A DNA stretch of 64,000 nt from NCBI RefSeq assembly GCF_009914755.1, contig NC_060946.1; one strand, written 5' to 3'. The stretch comes from the human T2T-CHM13v2.0 reference genome, Homo sapiens. Below the pieces are notes generated by a model that was given only the letters and a program-made list of their open reading frames with translations, did no database searches and was not told the DNA's origin. Each line of letters opens with the position of its first letter. The first letter of the stretch is position 1. The translations under genes were made by a program, and so were the position numbers. This document shows positions 47,726 through 64,000 of the stretch, piece after piece.

Positions 47726-49765
47726 CAGTGGGAGCTTTTAAAGGTGAGGTTTGCCCTCCAGCACTGGTCCCTGACAGGTGTGACCTTCACGTCATCTTTC
47801 CACATGATCCAGGCCCCCATCTGCAGAGGCCAACAGTTCCCAGAGTGACCTTCCTCAGAAAACAGGGTCTTGGAGGAGACAGAGGAGGGGGCCTTGTCCT
47901 CCTCACTGCACAGCCCCTCGTGGGGATTGGAAAGTGAGGGTCTCTGCCCACAAGTTGGCAGCCACCCTAAGCTCTTTTGTGGGAGGAAGCATAGGGAATA
48001 TAGGTCAGCGCTGGGACAGCATTTCCTGATCCTGACTTGGAGAAGGTGTTAAAATCTTGACATTCCTGACTCCTCCTTTGTGAGAGCCCCTGCTCTGCAG
48101 GTCTCACAGGGTTGTTGTGAGGGTCACCTGTGGTGATGGGTTTGGAAGTGCTTTGTGAATGACACAGTGGGCCTTCCCATTCCTGTCATTGGCCATTCGA
48201 CCTTCAATACTAATTGCCTGGGGATCTCCAGGCCCCAAGGTCTAATCCTGGAAGGGTATGAGGTGTCCCTAGTGGAATATTCTACACCTCCTGGGAGGTC
48301 CCTCACTTCCACTTTCACCCAACATAACCCCTGCTCCTGTTCCCTCAGCCTGGAGAGCTTGCCCAGGAGCACAGGGTAGTACTGGACTGACCTCTTTGGA
48401 AAGGGTGATTACATCCTCATTTCAGCTCTCCCTCTTCCTAGCTTTCCACATAGAATTCCAGGGCTCCATGCAGCATTTGCTGGACATAAGAGGGAAAACT
48501 TTTAGGGCAGGGATCTGCCCTGGGTGGGGACAGAGGAGTATCGTGGAGTCTGGGTGTCAGGAGTGTGAGCCCTGCCCAGCTGGCCAGCCCCTGTCCCCAT
48601 GCTGCTCCATGCATGATGTTTCCTGCACAAGCTTCCTTTAGAGGGAAGCTTCCAGAGTGACTGCAGTGAGGTCCATGCTGTTGGGGGTGACAGAGCAGCC
48701 CTGGAGGTGGCCAAAGAGAAGCAGGCAGAGGAAGCTTCTCCAAGCAGGCTTGGAAAGAAATTTCCGCATATCACTTACGTCACTCTTGCCACTAGAAGGA
48801 CAATTTTTACGGTGGAGTGGAAGAAAATGAATATGCTGTGGGAGAGAATGGATCCATCCAGAAGAGCAAGGCGGGAGGGGAAATGAGCCCATTGCCAGAA
48901 TTTTGCGTCTTTTGAAGACATTTGCCAGAATTCTACTTTTGAAGGCTGCCCCTTTTGACAGTCAGTTACTGAAGAAACTGTGGGACATTTTCAAAGCCTT
49001 TTATATTAAAAAAAGACACAACATACTGCTGTGGGTCTGTGTGCAGGGACCAGGAAGGGCACAGCTGCCACGGTTCTGTGTCGCAGATGCTGTGGGAAGT
49101 GCCTTAACACACACAGATGTGCTTCATGCAACCGGGTGAGGAACATCTCTAAAACAGTTTACAGTCAAGAAAATTCAGTGCCAAGTAGGTTGAATTCATT
49201 ATCCAAGATCACACATATGTCCTGACAGATTCGGGGTTCAATGAAGAATTATGTATCATGAATTATAGGGCTGTATTTTAATTTTGCATTTTAAATTCCT
49301 GCAGTTTTCTTCCATCACTTTTCACCATGCATTGTATACTTGGAATTGCTTTTTGTGGCTTCTTGATCTTCTTTACTTGTATGTTATTGATTTTCTACAA
49401 GTTTAAACATATATGATTAAAGAGTATTTCTTAATGTTTTAATAATTACCCTAGAATAAAATATATTTACTTTGATAGGTGTATGTGTTGGATATTACAG
49501 TGTATTGTGTACATTTTCAAACACATTGTGTTATACCGGAAGCATTATTCAACAGTGGTCTTTTTTTTTTTTTTTACCTGAACTATGTCCAGAAAATCTT
49601 TACACCACAGTACAAAAAGATCGATTTCATTTTGTTAACAGATGGATGTGCCATAGTGCAATTAACTGTTTAATTATCCTGTTATCCTGTTGTGGACATT
49701 TAAGTTCAAACAATGCAGTAATAAACATGCAAGAGTGCTTTCAGACATTAAAGAATATGGCTCTA

Positions 49766-50095
<330 letters not shown>

Positions 50096-50206
50096 TTAGC
50101 CAAATTGCTTATGCATTTTGAATGACGAGAGTTGCTGCCTAATTTCTGTTACAAAGGCTATGGTAATTTACACTCAAAACGCAGAATTGGTTGGTTGTTG
50201 TTACAT

Positions 50207-50473
50207 ACGGAGTCTTACTGTTGCTGAGACTGGAGTGCAGTGGTGTAATCCTAGATCGTTGTAGTCTCCAACGCCTAGGCTCAAGCAATCCTCCCACCTC
50301 AGCCTCCCTCCCAAGTAACTAGGATTACAGGTGCATGCCATCACACCCGGCTAATTTTATTTTTAGATATGGGATCTTGCTATGTTGCCCAGGTTGGTCT
50401 TGAAATCCTGGCCTCAGGGTGACCTCAGCCTCCAGTGTAGCTGACATTACAGGCATGAGACACTGTACCTGGC
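50207..50473 (-). mobile_element. AluJ
   Basis: Diverged Alu in antisense. Confidence 0.85.
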
Positions 50474-50710
50474 TGAAGAAGTGCCTCTATCCTGACACTT
50501 GTGTCCCCACGGGATCCTGCAGAATTCAGAACCCTGTCCACACAGGGGAAAACTCTCTGTTGCGGTCCTGATGACTGAGGAGGGAGCTTACCCATGGCTC
50601 TCCTGGTCATTCTTATTTAATAGTGAGCGCAGAACCTCACATCTTCTGGAATGTTCCCATATGATTTTGTGAGAGAAAAGAGAATAGAGACCCCAACCCC
50701 AAGCTCACTG

Positions 50711-51245
50711 TGTCAAAGGGAAAATTAAGCTTGGGAACTGAGTTACGCAATACTGCCTTCCTTGTTCTCAAACACATAGCTATAACTTCACAACCCTGTG
50801 TCATAGCCTCATCCATAAGCCAGGTTCCCACAGTGACAGAAGGCTGCATGTCTCCTCAGATGTCCTCCCTCACAATTTGCTGTGAGCCCCTAAATCTTTC
50901 AGAATGCACATCCCACCTATAAACTAGCCCTAAAAGTGAGTGGGCTCAATTTCACCCTGACGGTCTCAATTACCAGGTTATTTTCATAGTTCTGGGACAA
51001 GGTCAGGACCAGAAATCATCCCTCTGCCTGTCCTGAGATGAATGAATCATTGGCTTTTCCTCTACTCCACTCCCTCTATTCACATGCTTACTTTATCTTA
51101 TGTAAAATGAAGATTTACTGAATGTGAGATGAACGCATAATTAACTGTTTCCTCTGCTCCCTCCTTTCCCATGTAAAATGTAGATATCCTGATGCTAATC
51201 AGAGCCACACAAGAATGCAAACATTTGCTTCACTGCCTACCTTCA
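50711..51245 (+). mobile_element. ERV1 (MER4-group-like) LTR fragment
   Basis: tgtcaaagggaaaa...ctttatcttatgtaaaatgaagatttactga motif; subfamily uncertain. Confidence 0.6.
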
Positions 51246-51249
51246 GTCT

Positions 51250-53600
51250 CACGGGAGTTCTCTGGATTTCTTGTATCAGCTGGTGGAACTCTCTAGCAAG
51301 ATTGAGGACACTTTCCTGAATTATATCCTCAAAAATGTTTTCCAAGTTGCTTACTTTCTCTTCTTCTCTGTTAGAAATGCCAATAAGTCAGCCAGGCACA
51401 GTGGCTCATGCCAGTCATCCCAGCACTTTGGGAGGCCAAGGTGGGAGTATCACCCGAGACCAGAAGTTTGAGACCTACCTGGCCAGCATGGCAAAACCTC
51501 ATCTCTACTAAAAATACAAAAATTAGCCAGGCATGGTGGCATACGCCTGTAATCTCAGATACTTGGGAGGCTGAGGCACAAGAATTGCTTGAACCCAGGA
51601 GGTGGAGGTTTCAGTGAGCCAAGATCATGCCACTTCACTACAGACTGGGTAACAGTGTGAGATTCTGTCTCAAAAAAAAATGCCAATAGTAAGTCATAGA
51701 TTTTGTTCCTTTACATAATCCTATATTTCTCAAAAGTGTGGTTCATTATTTTTAAATTCCTTTTTTATTTTCGTCTGACTGGGTTGATTCAAAGGTCTGG
51801 TCTTTGAGCTCTTAAATTAGTTCTTCTATTTGGCCTAGTCTGTTGCTAAGGCTGCCAACTCTTTTTGAAATTCCTATAGTAAATTTTTCAATTCAAGAAG
51901 CTCTGCTTGGTTCTTTTTCAATATAACTATCTTGTCATTCAAATCCAGGATCGTTGTTATGGGGTTGTTGTTGGATTCCAACTTTCTGTTGGATTTTGGT
52001 AAATTTTTTTGCCACTTATATCTTGAATACTATACATGTCATTTCAGACATTTCATTCTGGTTAGGACTCATTGCTAGTTTGCTGGTGTAATCCTTTGAA
52101 GGTGATGGAAAATTCTGGCTTTTTGTATTGCCAGAGTGCTTGTGCTGGTTTCTTCTCATCTGAGAGACTTGATGCTTCTTTTGTTGAATTTGATATCATT
52201 TGGAAGGAGTTTTTTTTTTTTAAATTTTTCATTCTGTCTTTCTCTTAAGGGTATGACTGTGGTGTATGTTGTATAGGATCAGTTTGCTTCATTTCTGGGT
52301 ACTTTCAGAGGACCAAGGCTCTGTACAAGTTCCTTGGTTGCAGATAGGCTCCTGTGGTGGCTTGGTGTGGTGATGTATCTTTGTTTGGTGGTGTAATTCA
52401 GGCTTCAGTCCAGTAGACAGTGCTTAAGAGTAACAGCTGGCTGCAGGGTCTTCTCCTCTGTGTACTTGTCCTCGACAGGTGCAGAAGTGACGAAGTGCCA
52501 AAAGCACCCTGTCCCCATGTGTACTAGTCTTCAGCAGGGGCAGAGCTGCTGGAGAAACCTAAGAAGCAGCCTCTTTCAGCCCACGTTCCTTGGGCCCCAA
52601 CAGGATGACCACTGCTGGGTCTGCAGCAGTGCACTAGGAAGGTGACAGAGGGCAAGAGATGACCACCTCTCTAAATCTGTTCCCAGGCTTTGGTGTGCCC
52701 CTTTCAGCAGCTGATGTCATGATCATGTTTCCTTTGACTCAAGGGCTGTGTTCGGCAAGCTGTATTCCTCCTTCCCTTAGGACTGGTCCTCACCAAAGTT
52801 TAGGTCTCCTGGGGAAACGGGTTCACCTCCCTCCTGTTTCTTGGAGCTGATGAGGTACTCTCTCAACTGACCAAGGGAGCAGGCTGGGACACCCAGCAAT
52901 GACACACACAGACCAGTCCCAGGTTGCAAAACTGTTCTTGGCTGCAAGTCTCACCATCCCTGAGAAACCTCTGCTTTAGCAACTCTCTTCCCACTACAGT
53001 CTTGCAAGAGGAGAGAGCCTAATTCCAACACCTACTGCTGGGGCACTTTCCACACTCAACACTCAATTCTGGCTGTGGAGGCTGCTCCCCTGCTCCAGAG
53101 CAAGCACTTCAATTCCTAGCCCAAGATTAAAGTGTCTGCAGTGGCCACCATTGCCAGGCACCAAAGAATGATTGACTTTGTACGAGCCCAGATTAAAAAT
53201 GGCATCCTTCTCTCAGTCCCAGGTCTGCGGAAATGCCTGCAGCTTTTCTGAGTGTCTTTCCTCTTTCCCCATCTCTCAGCCACTTTTGTGCCAGCTCTAA
53301 GCACATAAGTGCTTTCTTGGGAGAAACAGACTGCTCTCCCTTAATCTGGGTTGCACAGATCCCCAGTGGAAAGGTGAGTCACAGAGGGAGACTGGATGTT
53401 CTTCTCTCGTACTGCAGTTTCACTCCCTTTTATGAACAAAATGCTATCGCAGAGGCTGCTTTCCCACCTCCCCCTCCACAGGGTCTGGAGTGTTCTTCTC
53501 TATTCCTGTGAATTCCTATTTTTCTTCTTGAATTGAAGCTCACAAAGTTTATCTTTATGCTTATTTTTCTACTTCCAAGTGGCTGAGGCACACCGAAAGC
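51250..53600 (-). mobile_element. L1 5'UTR/ORF1 region (antisense), interrupted by AluS at 51390-51680 (+)
   Basis: aatgttttccaagttgcttactttctc...tttacataatcc L1 ORF1 antisense motifs. Alu flanked by aaatgccaata on both sides. Confidence 0.7.
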
Positions 53601-54013
53601 CCCTAATCCATCATTCTAGGAAAAAAGGATGGTTTGAATAAAAGAATGCTCATATAAAATATATATTAATTAACCCAAACATATTTTGTTTGACATGAGT
53701 TAGGCGAATCTTTGATACATTAATTAAGTTTAAATTTGTTAAATAAAATTAGAAATATCTTCGAATTTGCCAAGGTATGTTTCTCTCCTGGGATTACTGG
53801 TCAGTTTTATTTTTTTCCTCGGATAGATGTTTTAAGCCATAAATCTTGACATAGACCTGATGTAGACCTCCATACCTTTCCCAGATGTGGGACGGAGCAA
53901 CTGGGACAGGTCCATCCTAGCACTAAGGGATGATTAAGCCTAACTTGTAGTCGTTGTACAACTATAAACATGGTTGATGCTTTAAGAGAAAGATCTTGAT
54001 GGAAAGGGGTAAA

Positions 54014-54477
54014 TGTAAAAATTGATCATATGAATTGGGTCATTCTTGTCACACCAAATAAAACCATCAAGAAGCCAGGGGGAGGAGGCATTCAGGGCAA
54101 AAACACCACTCCAAGCACGTAATTCTCTGCATGCCTGGCTGCTGAAATTACCTGCTTTAAGCTGAAACCAGTTTTATCGAATGGTTACTGAAACAACCTC
54201 TTGCAACACTAAGACTAGTTTTACCCACCACTGTCCCTCACCTATCAGAGCCTGCCAGCTCTCAAAAACCTTACTGGTGCCAGTGAACTTTCTCAAAGAG
54301 AAATACATACCGTTTTTCTCTCTGTCTCCCTTTTTATAAAACCTCTAACTTTCTCTTTATGTTTCGGACATACTAAAGACACCCATTCTGCATGTATGTG
54401 TCAAATTGTAATACTTGTATCTCAAATAAAACATTTTAATTTCAGATGTTTGTCTCTACATTTATTTGGCTTTGACA
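54014..54477 (+). mobile_element. ERV1-class LTR (MER34-like)
   Basis: tgtaaaa...ttgggtcattcttgtcacacc...tctcaaataaaac...tttgaca; subfamily tentative. Confidence 0.55.
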
Positions 54478-54721
54478 ATCTGATATTATGTAGCATTATT
54501 TCCAGTCTCCCAAATAATGTCAAAATTTTGTTATGTTAGATAGGAATATCTTGTTATTCAACTTGAAGGTAAACTGCTTGATCAATGCATGTAATTCCTT
54601 GACAGATTGTCAGCACCTCTAAGACAACACGTAGATATTGCTCATTATTAACTCATTTCATCTTTTCATGATAAATTACATAAATCTAATTTTCATTTTT
54701 AAAATGCAAGCCATTATGCCT

Positions 54722-57886
<3,165 letters not shown>

Positions 57887-58768
57887 TGCCTCATGTTGTG
57901 ACTTTTATATGACTTCCGTAAGATTACACTGACTTTACACATCATATTGCAGTTTTTGCTAGCTCTCCTGTAATAAGAAAATGGGATTCATCAGCAATGC
58001 CTTCTAAGTCTGGCTCTGTTTTCCCATGCAGACTTTTCCCTGAGCTCTGCTTGTAAGTCTTGCTAGAACCCCACCCTAGGCAGCAACCCCCAGTCTGAGA
58101 TTGCCCTTGACAGTGGCTGAGGTTTGCATTGTTGGGATTAGAAAAAACAAAGGGAAGATAGACCAAAACAGATTTAAATGCAGATCCCATTTGTTGAAGT
58201 TTTAAGTAATTTTCAATGTTTATTTTCACCAGCTGCCCACTCCCTTTGTACTCTCCTCACCCAAAAAAGGTGACTTGATATTCTAGTAAAAAGCCAAACT
58301 GTGCTTTAGAGAAACCCACTTGTTACTTCTTCAAATCCATATAATTCTGCCAAAGTGAATTTTTCTTAATATGCTCTGGCAGGATCAGAAAACTAATTAT
58401 TTACACTAGAGTCACTTAACCTTTCCTCTTGGTCATTTGCATGTAAATTATTTTTATATGTATAAAATTTGCTTACTCATGAAAGCTCTTAACTATGTAT
58501 ATTTTTTGTTTTTGTGGTATCTTAACATATTCTCGTCTTGTCTTGAATTCCTTAAGACTTTGGGGTAAAGAACTCTATTGCAACAAGTTTCCAAATCAAA
58601 GTGGGAAAGAGGAACATTAGGTTAAGCATTAGGTCGTCAGGTACGTAGGACAGCTAATACCATTATCAGAATGGTAGTGATAGCCAGTTTGCATTTTGCA
58701 TATTAGTTGTAACAAAAATATTCAGCATATTAGTGACAAAACCAAAGTTATTGTGAATCAGTTTGTAA

Positions 58769-59054
58769 TTTATTTTTTGAGATAGGGTCTTACTCTGTCA
58801 CCCAAGCTCAAGTGCAGAGGCATGATCTTGGCTCACTGCAGCCTCAACCAACTAGGCTCAGGAGATCCTCCCAGCCCAGCCTCCTTAGTACAGGTGAGTG
58901 CCACCACACCCAGCTATTTTTTCTCTAGTTTTTGTAGAGATTGGGTCTCACTTTGTTGCCCAGGCTGTTCTCAAACTCCTGGGCTCAAGCAATCCTTCTG
59001 CCTCAACCTCCCAAATGGTGCTGGGATTACAGGTTTGAGCCACCGCACCTGGCC
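58769..59054 (-). mobile_element. AluJ
   Basis: Antisense Alu; flanks agtttgtaat / agtttataat. Confidence 0.9.
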
Positions 59055-59897
59055 AGTTTATAATGTTCATAATGGCTTTTGGAGCAGGAACCAGTGGGTG
59101 CTGCTTCTTGTCTGCAAGATGAGGAGCCTCCTCTCCCCGAAGTGAGGCATCTTTTACCACAAGGGAGGCTTTGCCCAAACAGTCACCGAAAGGCTGAGAT
59201 TGGGGAGAGAAGAAAACAGGAGTGAATATTTCCCTGGAACCTAACTGCTCCCCAGTTCAATTCTACTGCAGACATTCAGAATGAAGGGGACATTCAGCTG
59301 AGGAACAGGAGTGCACTGGCTGTTAAAATCTCAGATTGTAACAACAATTTTGCTTCATTTTCCCTAAATAACTTTTAAACAATTGTTCTTAGGTGGTTTT
59401 CTAAACTTCGGGTAATATCTGTGAATTAGTAAATATTCTTTAAAAGATGAGATAATATTTTTATTTTGTTTAATTATATGTGTTCTTAAACTAATTTTGT
59501 GGGAAAAATAATTTCTTTCCTTCCCTGTTATACCAAATACAGTCTTTAGCTCAAGACACAAGTAATTCCAGGAAAACTGGAATTTAAGTTCAATATGTTA
59601 CACTAAGTACATTTGAAAGTGCATGCATTTTTATTTTAATTTAAAAAATAAATTTGCTTTATGCCTAGAAAAATCAGCAGACCAGACCTCCCTGGATACG
59701 CGTTCTGCTGCACTCATCCTCTTGAATGCCCAGCTCCAGGGAGGTCCATCCCCAGGCCTGATGGCTATCCCCATCTCTTCATCTCTGATAACATTTTGGC
59801 TTGATTTGCAGCTCATACAGTGAAGGCTTTGTAGCCCTGGGAAATTTCTACTAAACAGAAAAGTGGTTTTGTGAAGGTCAAGTTTTTTCAGTTGTGG

Positions 59898-61050
59898 TGA
59901 TGAAAAAACCAAATTCTGCCAAAGTATTTAGATAGCTTTATTCTAAGCCAATATGAGTGACCATGGCCTAGGGTTACACAGTCTTAAGAGCTTCTGAGAG
60001 AGTGAGCCCAATGTGGTCAGCTTACAGTTTGATTTTGTACATTTCATGGAGACACAAGTTGCAAATTAAATTGTAAATCAATAAGTGGAAGGTATACATT
60101 GGTTCATCCTGAAAAGGTAAGACATCTCAACGAGGGGTCTTACAAGTCATAGGTGAGTTTTAGGAATTCTTTAGTTGACAGTTGGTCAAGGGAGTTAAAC
60201 CATTGTGTAAAGACATGAAGTCAGTAGAAAGGAACACTTGAGTTAAGATAAGGGGGTCTGCCATGTGTTATGTGATGCTATCACAGGGTCAGCTTGGAAA
60301 ATAAGCCACATTATACCAGGTTAATTGAAAAAAAAATCACGAGATTTTATGGCTTGTGGAGTGTGAATCTCCAGGCCCCTTAGACAGGATTTTTGGCAAG
60401 AGAATAAAAGGTCAGAGTTGAGGCCTCAGTCCCCACTATTGGCCAAAGATCATTTTATGGAATGTATGTGAAGGCCAACAACCAGCAGGAAGTCCCACAA
60501 TGCTAGGAAATCTCATTCCCAGGGTTGTTTATTTGGTCATCTGTCATTGGTGATGATAGTTTCAATATTAGTGAGTTCAGATCACAGAAGAAGGACACAA
60601 TCTGACCTGATTTAATAGCCAATTGTTTAAGTGGTGAGAGGGAGTAAGGCCTAGGGTTCAATCTGAAAAGCCAACTGGATCAGATCTATCCTACAATTTA
60701 TGATGATTTGTGGGTCTTTGATTGCATCCTTTTCTTTTCCTACAATAGGCATGGCATTGACAAGAGACATACAATGATAAAATAGCAATACATGTATAAA
60801 AATAGTGAAGATTGGACATACAAGAAAGTTATAGATAGAATCAGAGGACAGTAAACAACACAACCAGCCAAAAAAGTCCCCACATGCATCATCATATTCT
60901 TTAGTGAAACTTGCAACATGCATAGCTTCCTTGTCAATAGACTTTTGAAGTTTATGATCAATCTTATTTGAGGATTGTAGGACCAACGCCAAATCAGAGT
61001 GCAGTAAACTTAATTTCTCTTCTGGCCAACTGGTCTCAATAAGGATAACA
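59898..61050 (-). mobile_element. MER4-group ERV: 3' LTR (~59898-60428) plus adjacent internal sequence
   Basis: tttattctaagccaatatgagtgaccatggcc...tttgtacatttcatggagaca MER4-type LTR in antisense. A purine tract (tagtggggac on - strand) abuts the LTR. Confidence 0.7.
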
Positions 61051-61060
61051 TCCTGCGGGG

Positions 61061-61424
61061 GTGGAATAGGCCATCCTTGCCCTGCTATAAAGAAACTCCA
61101 TGAGATTGGGTAATGTATAAGAAAAGAGGCTGTAATCCCAGCACTTTGGGAGGCCAAAGCCGGTGAATCATGAGGTCAGGAGTTCAAGACTAGCCTGGCT
61201 AACATGGTGAAACCCCATCTCTATTAAAAATACAAAAAATTAGCTGGGTGCAGTGGCAGCTGCCTGTAATCCCAAGCTACTTGGGAGGTGGAGGCAGGAG
61301 AATCACTTAAACCCGGGAGGCGGAGGTTTCAGTGAGCCAATATCGTACCACTTACTGCACTCCAACCCAGGCAACAGAGTGAGACTCCATCAAAAAAGAA
61401 GAAGGAAAGATGAAAGAAAACAAA

Positions 61425-61488
<64 letters not shown>

Positions 61489-61886
61489 AAAAGAAAAAGA
61501 AAAAGAAAAAGAAAAAGAAAAAAGAGAGTTAATTGGCTCATGGTTCTGCAGGCTGTATAGGAAGCATAATGCTGGCATCCATTTCTGGGGAGGTCTCAGA
61601 AAGTTCACAATTCTGGCAGAAGGCAAAGCAGGAGCAGGCATGTCACATGGTGAAAGCAGGAGCAAGTTTACTTTTTTGGCAGGGGCGGGGGTGCCACACA
61701 CCTGTAAATGTCCAGATCTCATGAGAACTCAGAGCAAGAGCTCACTCATCACCAAGGGGATGTCCCAGGCCATTCATGAAGATTCACCCCCATGATCGAA
61801 ACACCTCCCACTAGGCCCCACCTCCAAAACTAGAGATCACATTTCAACATGATATTTGGGCAGGGACAGATATTCAAACTCTATCG
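61061..61886 (-). mobile_element. MST solo LTR interrupted by an Alu (61130-61523, +) with (GAAA)n/(GAAAAA)n tail
   Basis: MST LTR motifs resume on both sides of the Alu. Confidence 0.85.
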
Positions 61887-61894
61887 GGATGGTA

Positions 61895-64000
61895 TGTGTT
61901 AGGCCAATCTTGCCTTGCTACAAAGAAATACCTTCAACTGGGTAAATATAAAGAAAATATGTTTAATGGGTTCACAAGCTTTAATGCAAGCTGTACAAGC
62001 ATGGTGCTATCATCCATTCAGCTTCTGGGGAGGCCCCAGGGAGCCTTTACTCTTGGCAAAAGTTAAAAAGTGGGAGCTTCCACATCACATGGCAAAGCAG
62101 AAGCAAGAGAGAGAGTTGTGGGGGAGGTGCAACATCCTTAAACAGCAAGATCTCATGAGTACTCACTCACTATTGCAAGGATAGCACCAAGCCATGAGGT
62201 ATCTGTCCCCCTGGCCCAAATGCCTCCCATTAGGTCCCACCACCAGCATCGGGAATTAAAATTGCATAAGATTTGGCAGGGACAAACATCCAAACTATAT
62301 CATTCCACCCCAGGACAAGCCCCAAATCTCATGTTTTTCTCACATTGCAAAATACCATCATGCCTTCCCAATAGTCCTCCAAAGCCTTAACTCATTTCAG
62401 CATTAACTCAAAAGTCCCAAGTCCAAGTTCTCATCTGAGGCAAGGCAAGTCTTTTCCACCTATGAGCCTGTAAAATCAAAAACAAGTTATTTACTTCAAG
62501 ACACAATTGGGGTACAGGCATTGTGGTACAGGCATTCCCATCCCCAAAGGGGTAACTTGGCCAAAAGAAAGAGGTTACATGCCCCACATGAGTTTGAAAT
62601 CTACCAGGGCAGTCGTTAAATCTTAAACCTCAAAAATAATCCCCTTTGACTATGTGTCCCACATCCAGGGTACACTGGTGCAGGGGGTAGGCTCCCAAGG
62701 TCTTGGGCAAACTCTGTCCCTGCATCTCTGCAGGGTACAGCCCCCACAGCTGCTTTCAGGGGTTGGGGTTAAGTGCCTACAATTTTCCCAGGCACAGAGT
62801 GCAAGATGCCAGTGGATCCACTATTCTGGAATCTGGAAGATGATGGTTCCTTCTTACAGCTCCTCTAGAAAGTACCCCATTGAAGACTGTGTGGGGGTCC
62901 AACCCCACATTTCCACTTGGTACTGCCCTAGGAGAGGTTCTCTGTGATGGCTCCACCCCTGCAGCAGGCTTCTGCCTAAACACCCAGGCTTTCTCATACG
63001 TCCTCTGAAATATAGGCAGAGAATGCCAAGCCATCACTCTTGCACTCTGCATGCCCATAGGCTTAACACCACATGGAAGTTTCCGAGGCTTATAGCTTGC
63101 ACCCTCTGAAGCAGTAGCCTGAGCTGTATCGGGGGTCTTCTGAGTTGAGACTGCTGCTGAAGTGGCCAGGATGTGGGGAGCAGTGTCCCCGGGCTGTGTG
63201 GAGCAGTAAAGTCCTGGCCCTCAAAAGCATTCTTTCCTCTTAGTCCTCAAGGTCTGTGATGTGATGGACTGCCATGGAGATCTCTGGAATGCATGTAAGG
63301 CCTTTTCCCCATTGTCTTGGCTATCAGCATCTGGCTTTCATTTTAATTATGCAACTCTCTAGCAAGTGTTTGCTCCACAGCCTGCTCAAATTCTTCTCCT
63401 GGAAAAAGCTTTTTTCTTTCTTTGTCACATGGCCAGACTGCAAATTTTCCAAATTTTTCTGGTCTGCTTCCTGTTTAAACATAAATTCCAGCTTTAAGTC
63501 ATTTCTTTGCTCCTGGATCTGAGTATAGAAGCAGTGAGACCACACCTTGAATGCTTTCCTGCTTAAAAATGTCTTCCATCAGACACTCTAAATCATCATT
63601 CTTAAGTTTGAACTTCCACAAATTCCTAGGGCATGAACAGAATGCAGCCATTTAACCAGTCTCTAAGAAATTTCAAACTTTTCCTCATCTTTCTGTCTTC
63701 TTCTGAGCCCCCCAAACTCTTCCAACCTCTGCCTGTTACTCACTTCCAAAGTCACTTCCACATTTTCATGTATCTTTATAGCAAAACACCACTCTTCAGT
63801 ACCAATTTTCTGTGTTAGGCCATTCTTTCATTGCTATAAAGAAATACCTGAGGCTGGGTAATTTATAAAGAAAAAATGTTTAATTGGTTCACAATTCTAC
63901 AGGCTGTACAAATGTGGTGCTGGTATCTGCTCGGCTTTTGGGGAGGCCTCAGGGAGCTTTTACTCATAACAGAAGGTGAGGCAGAAGCTTGCACATCACA
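61895..64000 (-). mobile_element. Second MST provirus: LTR 61895-62302, internal 62303-63810, LTR 63811 to window end
   Basis: Both LTRs start tgtgttaggcca; internal region is homologous to 55139-57490. Confidence 0.92.

Noticed and set aside
47730-48900. GC-rich unique block with CRE-like motifs (tcacgtca 47787, ttacgtca 48775) as a possible promoter
   Set aside because: Isolated motifs expected by chance; the block could not be assigned to a gene from sequence alone.

Overview
Primate (human/great-ape-like) pericentromeric-type segmental-duplication mosaic with no intact conventional protein-coding gene. All family names and reference peptides are from recall, not database searches. Left to right: (1) 1-23.3 kb, an unprocessed neurobeachin (NBEA) pseudogene fragment on + with three recognisable exons, two intervening exons not found, and one frameshift. 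(2) 23.3-26.2 kb, a GC/CpG-rich ~200-260 bp tandem array (gamma-satellite/GSATII-like). (3) 26.2-35.9 kb, a degenerate ~18-bp satellite (HSAT5-like) with three polarity switches, a young 457-bp tandem duplication and a MaLR LTR insertion. (4) 36.7-38.0 kb, a two-exon CDRT15/CDRT15L2-like pseudogene on +. (5) 44.9-47.4 kb, a TBC1D26/TBC1D3-family pseudogene fragment on +. (6) 47.4-64 kb, nested Alu/L1/ERV/MaLR elements, including one complete and one edge-truncated MST provirus. Most notable: an out-of-frame ATG in the last NBEA exon can splice over the whole satellite block (15.7-kb intron) into CDRT15 exon 2. This gives a chimeric ORF ([18 protein letters not shown]...) matching the C2orf27A-type product as I recall it, here truncated at codon 131. 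I see no evidence of a new enzymatic or defence system; the interest is in chimeric gene birth and satellite architecture. Most ORFs in the supplied track are repeat-derived noise.
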